From a virus (Duplodnaviria; Caudoviricetes), in the IMG/VR virus record IMGVR_UViG_3300016654_000214, positions 2,018 through 66,017 of that record: 64,000 nucleotides of DNA. One strand, given 5' to 3'. The position numbers and the translations under genes are program-made. Position 1 is the stretch's first letter; every line of letters starts with the position of its first letter. Below are positions 1 through 7,510 of the stretch, piece by piece. The notes under the pieces are model-generated. The model did not search any database, was not told where the DNA came from, and saw only the letters and a program-made list of their open reading frames with translations.

Positions 1-1744
1 AAATTCCGGTGATTTGAGTGAACTGACCAGTTGTTCCAGTAATGGTGGTGCCGCTGAGGGTTCCTGTGATACGAACACCAGAAGCAAACGTACCCGATCC
101 AAGAACGGCAAGATCGCCACTGACGGTCAGGTTGCCCTGAACGGTATGACCGCTGGTGACTAAGGTCTGGAAGTTACCGGTCGTTGCATTAACCGTATTG
201 CCAGTAATAACAAGACCAGAAACTTGGCTGGTAAAGACACCAGAAATTCCCGTGATCTGAGTAAATTGAGCTGTTGTACCGGTAAAAGTGACGCCAGAAA
301 CGGTACCAGTGGTAACAGTTAGTCCAGAACCAATTGTTGCGGTTTGGTCAACAGTTAAAGTTCCACTGGTTGCAATATTGCCTGTAACCGTAATGTTTTG
401 ACGGACGATACCAGTCGTAAACGTTGCGGTGATTGCATTTAAAGTTGTAAAGTTACCAACGTCTCCGGTAACAGTTGCGCCACTGACTTGATCAGTGAAT
501 ACACCACTGATTCCAGTGATACGCGTGACCCGAACCGTATCGCCAGTAATGACAGCACCGGATACCTGACTGGTGAATACACCACTGATACCAGTAATCT
601 GAGTGAACTGACCATTGATACCAGTGATTGTGGTTCCTTGAATCGTGTTGCCAGTGATCGTTGACCCAGAAAGTTGGCTGGTGAAGACGCCGCTAATACC
701 GGTGAGTTGAGTAAAGCGACCGGTGTCACCTGTAATAACAGCACCAGAGAGTTGAGAAGTAAAAACTCCGCTGATCCCAGTTAGTTGTGTAAAACGACCA
801 GTATTGCCGGTGATAACAGCACCACTGAGTTGACTGGTGAACACTCCGGAAATTCCGGTGAGTTGGGTTACGAGAACCGTATCGCCAGTAATTGTGGCTC
901 CAGAGAGCTGGCTGGTAAAGGTACCTGAAACACCAGTGACCGTACTAAAACGACCATTAACACCAGTAACAGTCGTTCCTTGGACGGTATCTCCAGTAAT
1001 TACGGCTCCAGAGAGTTGGCTGGTGAAGACACCAGAAATTCCGGTAAGAGTCGCAAAACGCCCTGCATCACCAGTGACAACTGCACCAGAAACAGAAGTG
1101 GTGCCAACAATTCCAGAGCCGGTAATGTTTGTGAACTGGGCGTTGGTTCCGGTAATCGTTGTGCCACTGAGTGTGCCAGTGACGCGAACGTTGGATTGAA
1201 ATGATGCAACACCAGTTACGCTGAGGGTGTTGCCAACATTTAATCCATTATTGATATTGGCGTTCTCAGTAATCGTCTGCTGGAACACGCCACTGGTGGT
1301 CCGCAGGTTATTACCGGTAATGGTGGCGCCAGACAGCTGAGATGCAAACGTGCCACTGATACCTGTGACAGTGGTGAAATTTGCAGAGTTACCAGTAATC
1401 GTGTTGCCGCTGATATTGCCGCTGACCGTCAGGTTTCCCTGGACAACAGCATTAATGAATGTGACACCACTGGTAACAGTTAAGTTTTCTAGCGTGGTGT
1501 TACCAGAGACAACTAAACCGCTTTGAATCGTGCCGCTACCTTGAACGGTAATGCTGCCACTGATAGTTCCCCCAGTGCGGGGAAGGTAATAAATATTGAG
1601 GTATGTCTTGGTGCCAGATATCGTGAGCTTTTTATTTTTAATTGCAGGGTCAACTTCGCCGGTATCAACGACCGTAAACAGGTCGTTATCGGCTAAGTCA
1701 ATACCCGCAAGTTCCTGTAGCTCGGATATCCGTCTGTTAGCCAC
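1..1744 (-). CDS. Tail fibre/spike protein with ~26-aa TGISGVFTSQLSGAVITG repeats (partial; runs off left edge)
   Basis: Manual translation from GTG at 1744 (MANRRISELQELAGIDL...) stays open to the window edge; at least 9 copies of T-G-[IV]-S-G-[VT]-F-[TA]-x-Q-[LV]-S-G; Thr/Gly/Val/Ser-rich beta-repeat. Absent from the ORF track because it has no stop in the window. Confidence 0.8.
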   Translation of the reverse strand, partial: MANRRISELQELAGIDLADNDLFTVVDTGEVDPAIKNKKLTISGTKTYLNIYYLPRTGGTISGSITVQGSGTIQSGLVVSGNTTLENLTVTSGVTFINAVVQGNLTVSGNISGNTITGNSANFTTVTGISGTFASQLSGATITGNNLRTTSGVFQQTITENANINNGLNVGNTLSVTGVASFQSNVRVTGTLSGTTITGTNAQFTNITGSGIVGTTSVSGAVVTGDAGRFATLTGISGVFTSQLSGAVITGDTVQGTTVTGVNGRFSTVTGVSGTFTSQLSGATITGDTVLVTQLTGISGVFTSQLSGAVITGNTGRFTQLTGISGVFTSQLSGAVITGDTGRFTQLTGISGVFTSQLSGSTITGNTIQGTTITGINGQFTQITGISGVFTSQVSGAVITGDTVRVTRITGISGVFTDQVSGATVTGDVGNFTTLNAITATFTTGIVRQNITVTGNIATSGTLTVDQTATIGSGLTVTTGTVSGVTFTGTTAQFTQITGISGVFTSQVSGLVITGNTVNATTGNFQTLVTSGHTVQGNLTVSGDLAVLGSGTFASGVRITGTLSGTTITGTTGQFTQITGI

Positions 1745-1798
1745 CTATTAAATCACATAAACCCTATGAAATGAATTATAGTCGCAGTGTGTTCAACC

Positions 1799-2173
1799 TC
1801 ACCGGGCTTTAATTTCAATCCTGGGAAGGTGGTTGGATACAAAATTCCAGCCAACTTGAATGCCTGAAACTAAACCACAGGCAATTGCAAAAACCACAAT
1901 TAATTCGGCAACCGTTAGGTTCCGGCGCACATACACAATTTGAGGCTGGAGATTTGGAATCTGAAACCTGGCTGGAACCTCTGGTTGTCCAATGGGATAC
2001 TCCTCTTGTTCTTGAGCTGCAGCCTGCTGTTGAAGAATTGTCATCCGAATGGCTTCTTCCCGAGCACGAGCTTTCATCTGCTCAAGAATTTCAGGGGTTA
2101 TCCCGGCTGGGATTTGAGGATTCTTCAGTTCCGAAAACTGAGGAGGAACACTGGAAGGAACCTGATCTTCCAT
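1799..2173 (-). CDS. Hypothetical membrane protein (C-terminal TM helix)
   Basis: ORF 1799..2206; likely start ATG 2173 (MEDQVP); hydrophobic LIVVFAIACGLVSGIQVGW. Confidence 0.6.
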   Translation of the reverse strand: MEDQVPSSVPPQFSELKNPQIPAGITPEILEQMKARAREEAIRMTILQQQAAAQEQEEYPIGQPEVPARFQIPNLQPQIVYVRRNLTVAELIVVFAIACGLVSGIQVGWNFVSNHLPRIEIKAR

Positions 2174-2227
2174 GGTGATGCAAAAAGTTTTCCCACACCC
2201 TAGCATCTAAACAAAACGTTTGACACA

Positions 2228-2635
2228 ATGGCAACATTTGGAATCCGTAAGGGTTTAGAAGACATTGCCCATGAACTAAAGGGTGTGCGAAACATCCTGG
2301 CTTCCATGTGGCATAGCCGGTATCAAACGCAAGAAACAGACCGTATGAATCCGCAGGCTTTTGCGGATGAATACATTTCTACTGAAGAGTGCGCCAGGCG
2401 TTTATCAGTCTCGGATCAAACAATCAGGAATTGGATTGCCATTGGCAGAAAACAGCCTGATAAAGGTTGGGTCGAGGGCTTGCATTACGTGAATGTTGCA
2501 CCAGATCCCAGTAAGAAGGCCGTGATCCGAGTTCCTTGGAATTATCTGGTGATGTCCTTTTCAAAAAATAAAGAAATTAATCTGTCTGACTTCTATGGAA
2601 GGAAGTACCAGACAACCCAGGAGATGCTTGAATGA
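2228..2635 (+). CDS. HTH DNA-binding protein (HTH_17/Xis-MerR-like)
   Basis: YISTEECARRLSVSDQTIRNWIAIG is a typical HTH. Confidence 0.7.
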   Translation: MATFGIRKGLEDIAHELKGVRNILASMWHSRYQTQETDRMNPQAFADEYISTEECARRLSVSDQTIRNWIAIGRKQPDKGWVEGLHYVNVAPDPSKKAVIRVPWNYLVMSFSKNKEINLSDFYGRKYQTTQEMLE

Positions 2636-3132
2636 TTCCAAATCGTTTCCAGGGATTAGACCTCTTTTCCGTCACAGTTGAGAACTGTTCTCAAGTACTT
2701 CCTGAATCCTTGTTCCGGCAGGTGGAAGATTTTTTGCCACCTTCTGGATCTTTTGATGATGGGTGTCTTCGACGGTATTTAGAGAACGTACGAAACTACG
2801 AAGAAGAAGATGCCAATTCTGGCATGACGCTGGCCAATAGGCTTCGGTTAGCATTTGTTGACATGAAACCCGACACAATTTGTGGCAAGTTCCCCCAGGC
2901 AGAGCTGCCCCTTAAGCGTCGGCTTCGTTGTGTGGCCGAATATCTAATTCGTTCGGGAGAGTTTGACAAACTACGGGACGAAAACGGTAAGCTTGTTAAG
3001 AAACGCGGCAACCTTGGCAAGTTGGTTGTCATCTATAAGCCGCTCCCTAAACTCCTAGAGTCCCTTGTTCGCCAGGGGTTGATTGCTCATGAACCGCCGC
3101 GAGAAGCTGATTCACTCTGCATTGCAAGGTGA
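2632..3132 (+). CDS. Hypothetical protein
   Basis: 166-aa ORF coupled to the upstream gene by an ATGA overlap. Confidence 0.7.
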   Translation: MIPNRFQGLDLFSVTVENCSQVLPESLFRQVEDFLPPSGSFDDGCLRRYLENVRNYEEEDANSGMTLANRLRLAFVDMKPDTICGKFPQAELPLKRRLRCVAEYLIRSGEFDKLRDENGKLVKKRGNLGKLVVIYKPLPKLLESLVRQGLIAHEPPREADSLCIAR

Positions 3133-3475
3133 CGTAGACGAAAGCAAAGCCAAGATGCTCAACCAAACGGTTGATTTCATTTTGGGAGATATGGGTGAAA
3201 TGTACTATCGCTTCTGGCAAGCAGAAGGTCCTGGAGTGATGTGCTTCCAGCCCAAACAAGAACGCGGGGTGGTTTACATGACCCTTGAAGAGCTAAATAG
3301 TGCAAAAGAGTCGTTTGAACGAGACAACAACCACGATTTAGTGGAAACGTTTCGCCGGATTTTGGAAGCCGCTCAAAAGATTGATCCAGAAGAAAAGGCT
3401 GGTTACATCATCAATGATGATGAAGGCATTCGCTATTTGGAAATTGACTATAACAAGGTGGTTGACGCAGCATGA
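3089..3475 (+). CDS. Hypothetical protein
   Basis: ORF 3083..3475, ATG at 3089; operon context. Confidence 0.65.
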   Translation: MNRREKLIHSALQGDVDESKAKMLNQTVDFILGDMGEMYYRFWQAEGPGVMCFQPKQERGVVYMTLEELNSAKESFERDNNHDLVETFRRILEAAQKIDPEEKAGYIINDDEGIRYLEIDYNKVVDAA

Positions 3476-4059
3476 CCGTACGTCGCGTCACTGGTCGAAG
3501 GGAAGATCTAGAACTCATCACTCCTACTGAATTGGTGCAGGCCGCCAATCTGGTGATGGGAGGTATCAACCTTGATCCGGCCAGTTCAAAAGTTGCCCAA
3601 GAATACGTGCAGGCCGATGAATTCTTTGGGCCGCAACAGGATGGGTTAAATATGCAGCAATGGTTTGGGAAGGTTTACCTTTTTCCTCCCAGTGGCTGCT
3701 ATTACTTTGACAAAAGGCTGGATAAATGGAAGATGACTAGGGCCTCGTCTCCAACCCTGGTATCATCTCACGCTGTTTGGTTCCGAACCCTGTACAAGAA
3801 GTGGTTGGCGAACGAAATAGAACAAGCAATCTATTTCACCAACTGCCCTGACATGATTCGTTACGAACAAAAAATCTTTGATTTTCCAATTTGTTTCTTG
3901 CGTACAGTACCCCGGTTAATTAAGCATACCAGTGAGGGAATTGGCGAGCATAAGACTTGCAGTTCATTCGTGGTGTATCTACAGCCACAAAGAAGATCGT
4001 CCGAAGCAACTTTGAAATTCATTGAAACATACGAGCAATTTGGTCGCGTTATCTATTGA
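3472..4059 (+). CDS. Phage DNA N6-adenine methyltransferase (Dam-like) homologue with altered catalytic motif
   Basis: ITPTELVQAANLVMGGINLDPASS...DGLNMQQWFGKVYL matches the phage Dam-family scaffold; FPPS stands where NPPY is expected. Confidence 0.65.
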   Translation: MTVRRVTGRREDLELITPTELVQAANLVMGGINLDPASSKVAQEYVQADEFFGPQQDGLNMQQWFGKVYLFPPSGCYYFDKRLDKWKMTRASSPTLVSSHAVWFRTLYKKWLANEIEQAIYFTNCPDMIRYEQKIFDFPICFLRTVPRLIKHTSEGIGEHKTCSSFVVYLQPQRRSSEATLKFIETYEQFGRVIY

Positions 4060-4092
4060 ATTCGGTATAGTTAAAGACGATTACTGGGATCT

Positions 4093-4680
4093 ATGGGAAT
4101 CCTTTGCGACGCCGAAATCAAGACCTTTGCTCTGGAACAAGGGATGATTGAACCGTTTACCGATCATCTGGTAAATGAAGAAGATGGACGCCGCATTTTG
4201 AGCTATGGGCTTAGCTCCTACGGCTATGACATTCGGCTATCGCCTAAGCAATGCTTAATTTTTGGTCGTATCCAAGAGGGTGTATCCGATCCCAAGGACT
4301 TCAACCCAAAGATTCTGTCAGATTCTGAGCTGCTAGAGGACGAGAAAGGTCAATACTTCCTGCTTCCTCCCTACGGTTACTGCCTGGCAGTTGCAGAAGA
4401 ACGGCTCAAACTGCCCAAAGATGTCACTGTGATTGCCATGGGCAAAAGCAGCTATGCACGCTCGGGTATTATTGCCAACATCACCCCGGCGGAGGCTGGC
4501 TGGGAGGGCTACCTAACCCTAGAAATCAGTAACGCCACCGGCCAGTTCAACCGCATCTATGCCAACGAGGGCATCATTCAGCTGTTGTTTTTGCGTGGTA
4601 CTCCCTGTGAGGTTTCCTACCAGGACCGGAAAGGCAAGTACCAAAATCAAGCGCAAGAAGTCGTTTACTCCAAGGCTTGA
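4093..4680 (+). CDS. dcd: dCTP deaminase
   Basis: SYGLSSYGYDIRL, GKSSYARSG, TPAEAGWEGYLTLEISN and YQDRKGKYQNQ motifs. Confidence 0.92.
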   Translation: MGILCDAEIKTFALEQGMIEPFTDHLVNEEDGRRILSYGLSSYGYDIRLSPKQCLIFGRIQEGVSDPKDFNPKILSDSELLEDEKGQYFLLPPYGYCLAVAEERLKLPKDVTVIAMGKSSYARSGIIANITPAEAGWEGYLTLEISNATGQFNRIYANEGIIQLLFLRGTPCEVSYQDRKGKYQNQAQEVVYSKA

Positions 4681-4889
4681 GCATGGATCGCGTCAACCTT
4701 GAGCAGAGAATTGATATTCTCGAAATCCTGGAAAAACAGGTTGTATTTCTGGAGAATGAGGAATTGTCCTCTGCTCTAGTTGGCTTTCGCTCAGAAAACA
4801 CTCAATGGATTTTGAATATGATTCAAGATATGTTGGGCCAGCTCCAGGAAGCACTGGATGCTGAAGACTTCAGCCAAAATTGGCACTAG
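4677..4889 (+). CDS. Hypothetical small acidic helical protein
   Basis: 70-aa ORF overlapping the dcd stop. Confidence 0.55.
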   Translation: MSMDRVNLEQRIDILEILEKQVVFLENEELSSALVGFRSENTQWILNMIQDMLGQLQEALDAEDFSQNWH

Positions 4890-5323
4890 CCGAAACCGTA
4901 GAATTTACCTGAATTAGGTTGTGGTTTCTTGGCGTACCCAATGCTGCCCACCTTGCCGTATTCATCGCCAAGGCTGGGAACTTCTACACCACCGATGACA
5001 GCTTCTGAACGAGGAACTTCTCCTCGAATGTTCGGTTCGTCAATCGATGCTTTCTGCCGAAACTTATTGGCAGTCTTGGCGGCAGTAATGAATTTTTTAA
5101 TGCGTCCTTGGTCGTCGTTAATTGATTCAATATCTGGACGCTCGTCTGCCTCAACCCGACGTAAGTCCGTATCGTAAGTACGTTCGGGATGAAGATCATT
5201 AACTTCAGACCCAGAGCTACCGGAATCTTGCTGAGGATCGTATTGCAGGCGACCACGAAAACCAACCCGTGGGTCAACGGGCTCGTTTTCTTTGCCTAGG
5301 CGTGGGTTATAGAATCTTGGCAT
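4886..5323 (-). CDS. Hypothetical protein
   Basis: ORF 4886..5368; likely ATG 5323 (MPRFYNPRLG). Confidence 0.6.
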   Translation of the reverse strand: MPRFYNPRLGKENEPVDPRVGFRGRLQYDPQQDSGSSGSEVNDLHPERTYDTDLRRVEADERPDIESINDDQGRIKKFITAAKTANKFRQKASIDEPNIRGEVPRSEAVIGGVEVPSLGDEYGKVGSIGYAKKPQPNSGKFYGFG

Positions 5324-5362
5324 AGTATCATTGTAAGAGGGGTAACTTAAGTATTGAATACA

Positions 5363-5707
5363 ATGCACAACGCAGCAGCCTTCTTAGATGCGTTCGTACA
5401 AGACGAAGTGAAGTGTCGGTGTTTATCAGAAGAGGATTTTGAGCAACCTCTCGATAACCGAGAAAATGATGTACCATTACAAGATATGTACAACCGTGGG
5501 TTGGTTGCATGTCAAGAAGGGAACGAGAGACTGAACCTGTCATTGGCGGAGGGTCGCCGTCCGGGTCTGACGGGGTACATACCCTCGGCGGAGGAAGCAA
5601 TGGAAATGGGTGCCAAGCCGATGCCAAAGGCCCTGGTGCTCCAGCTGGATTCTCCTTCGGAGGAGATGAAGGAAATGTCAGCAAAACGTCGTGGTTTGCG
5701 CCGGTAG
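5363..5707 (+). CDS. Hypothetical protein
   Basis: ORF 5354..5707; ATG at 5363. Confidence 0.6.
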   Translation: MHNAAAFLDAFVQDEVKCRCLSEEDFEQPLDNRENDVPLQDMYNRGLVACQEGNERLNLSLAEGRRPGLTGYIPSAEEAMEMGAKPMPKALVLQLDSPSEEMKEMSAKRRGLRR

Positions 5708-5730
5708 AAAGCTCGGCTTCTCCCGATATT

Positions 5731-6039
5731 TTGGATTTTGGTGATTGCAAGGACGGTATTTGCCCGGTACCCTGGGCAAGTCCTGACAACCCTGTGTTTA
5801 CGATCCAGGGCCGTCCTACTTTGTTAGAAGATAACGTCAATCACCCGACGCATTACACCGATGGCGGGATCGAATGTATCGAAGCCATCGAAGCCCAATT
5901 AACCCCAGAAGAGTTTCGCGGGTACCTAAAGGGAAACATCGCCAAGTATGTTTGGCGTGAGAAGCATAAAGGCGGGACAGAATCACTGAAGAAGGCACAG
6001 TGGTATCTCAATCGTTTAATTAATCTGGACGAAATCTAA
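5731..6039 (+). CDS. DUF3310 (SaV-like) domain protein
   Basis: DNVNHPTHYTDGGIECIEAI...GYLKGNIAKYVWREKHKGGTESLKKAQWYLNRL. Start is uncertain (TTG 5731 chosen; frame open from 5509). Confidence 0.8.
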   Translation: MDFGDCKDGICPVPWASPDNPVFTIQGRPTLLEDNVNHPTHYTDGGIECIEAIEAQLTPEEFRGYLKGNIAKYVWREKHKGGTESLKKAQWYLNRLINLDEI

Positions 6040-6341
6040 AAGGGTTGAGGCTCTTCTTCGTCTTCGTCGCCGTCTTCGTAAAACGCGCAGGCGGCGGCAA
6101 GTTCTTCTAATTCGATATCAGTTGGAACATCAAAGTCCAGCTGGATGTTTTCATCTGCCAGAATTTCTTTGACAGCTTGCCATTCCATCAAACGCTGATG
6201 GTATAGGTTAAGCAATGCAGCATACAGCTCATCCCAGGTCATTTCCCTGGCAACCATCTCAGCTTTTCGCATGGAGAATTGGAGTTCCAGGGGTAACTCA
6301 AACTCCCGTGGTTCTACTGATCTCTCCATTGCGTTTTCCAT
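6036..6341 (-). CDS. nblA: NblA-like phycobilisome degradation protein with acidic C-terminal extension
   Basis: LPLELQFSMRKAEMVAREMTWDELYAALLNLYHQRLMEWQAVKEIL aligns without gaps to the NblA pattern L-x-L-E-x-Q-F-S-x-R...M-[ST]-x-D...L-x-x-L-Y-x-Q. Confidence 0.7.
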   Translation of the reverse strand: MENAMERSVEPREFELPLELQFSMRKAEMVAREMTWDELYAALLNLYHQRLMEWQAVKEILADENIQLDFDVPTDIELEELAAACAFYEDGDEDEEEPQPF

Positions 6342-6365
6342 GGCTTCGATGAAACTATTTTAAGG

Positions 6366-7019
6366 CTAGCTGGCAAATACCGATTCAACTTGGTCAATTC
6401 CAGCAATTCCCCAGGGATCCTCATTAATGGCAAATGCATTAGCAAATTCAGCTAACACATATGGATTGATATTGTCTTCCAGCTGGCGGATGGCGCGGAC
6501 TTGATGAGGAGCGGCAGTGTAGTTCCGGAATGCTTTCATCAACACCTCTGTGGAGCACCAGGGGGTGTCCTCCATTTCTCGCAACAACAGTTCGACTTCT
6601 TCCCTGCGCCGATCAATCAAGCCGCCAATGACTCTATGGTTTTCGTCAAAGATCCAATGGGTAATTTCTTCTGCAACACCAGCCCAGTCATCATGGTTGA
6701 TGCAGTCAACAACGGTGCTGTAAAGGAAGGGCTTCCATCCAATCGAATGAATGAAAGAAATTAAAGCTTGCTCAGTGTATCCGGTCAGTTGAATATCTAA
6801 ATCTGACAACAAGCCACGAATTGCTTTTGCTTCACAAAACAAGTATTCCAGGGCTTTCTCCTTGGTGCACCACTGCCCCTTTTTGACGGGAGAACCATCT
6901 GGATAAAACTGGGTACCGTAACCAATGGTGTAAGTACCGTCTTCGTCTGACGGGAAAGCTTTTTCGCTAAAACCTTCGTATTTACGAATTAAAGCAACAG
7001 CTTCCCGCAAATCAGACAT
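6366..7019 (-). CDS. Phage lysozyme/endolysin (GH24) with C-terminal helical domain
   Basis: IRKYEGF...DGTYTIGYG and GLIDRRREEVELL are GH24 motifs. Confidence 0.85.
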   Translation of the reverse strand: MSDLREAVALIRKYEGFSEKAFPSDEDGTYTIGYGTQFYPDGSPVKKGQWCTKEKALEYLFCEAKAIRGLLSDLDIQLTGYTEQALISFIHSIGWKPFLYSTVVDCINHDDWAGVAEEITHWIFDENHRVIGGLIDRRREEVELLLREMEDTPWCSTEVLMKAFRNYTAAPHQVRAIRQLEDNINPYVLAEFANAFAINEDPWGIAGIDQVESVFAS

Positions 7020-7042
7020 GGGAGTACAACAAGTACTCCCAT
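7018..7042 (-). promoter_or_regulatory. Perfect 10-bp hairpin overlapping the lysozyme start codon
   Basis: Minus strand ATGGGAGTAC-TTGTT-GTACTCCCAT(G); the AU of the AUG is in the stem. Confidence 0.7.
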
Positions 7043-7066
7043 ATTACACATATAAAAATACAGTTG

Positions 7067-7192
7067 TTATTTTCCTTGGCCACGCATCTTTTTACGTCCA
7101 TGATTCGGACGTGAATTCATACCCTGGCCTTGACGAGTTTTCTTGGGCTTGGACTCAAGTTTGATGGATGAAGCTGATTTGGGCTTTGCCAT
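7067..7192 (-). CDS. Small basic protein (41 aa)
   Basis: Manual translation MAKPKSASSIKLESKPKKTRQGQGMNSRPNHGRKKMRGQGK; KKTRQG...RGQG-type basic peptides are common in cyanophages. Confidence 0.7.
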   Translation of the reverse strand: MAKPKSASSIKLESKPKKTRQGQGMNSRPNHGRKKMRGQGK

Positions 7193-7210
7193 GACAGAAG
7201 TGAAGTGGCG

Positions 7211-7510
7211 TCACCACTTTACCTTGTGTGACCAGTATCTGGCAGACATGATGTCGGGATGCGGATCTTGCGCGTTGTGTCTTGCATAATATGAACGTTT
7301 TCTTGCTTTTTCCTTTTCTGTGGTGGGATGTTTACCGGCGCCTTCTACTCCTTGTTGGCCAAAACGGATAATTTTTTCTTCACCTCCTTTGCAGGCCTTA
7401 ACCACATGTGATTTGGTTGGATGACCAGGCGTACGGCGTGGCTTGTTACACGCCATCTTGTCTTTAGCAATCTTGGCCGCTGCAGCAGCTTTTTTTCGTT
7501 TATCTGACAT
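7211..7510 (-). CDS. Small basic protein (DUF5754-like)
   Basis: KIIRFGQQG...KARKRSYYARH...SARYWSHKVKW pattern. Confidence 0.6.
   Translation of the reverse strand: MSDKRKKAAAAAKIAKDKMACNKPRRTPGHPTKSHVVKACKGGEEKIIRFGQQGVEGAGKHPTTEKEKARKRSYYARHNAQDPHPDIMSARYWSHKVKW

Noticed and set aside
439-1212. Several ORFs of 70-120 aa in the track
   Set aside because: Alternative frames or antisense of the uninterrupted tail-fibre frame.
5509-5730. Long N-terminal extension of the DUF3310 ORF overlapping 5363..5707
   Set aside because: Low-complexity Gly-rich read-through of the neighbouring gene's alternative frame, with no RBS; treated as probably untranslated.
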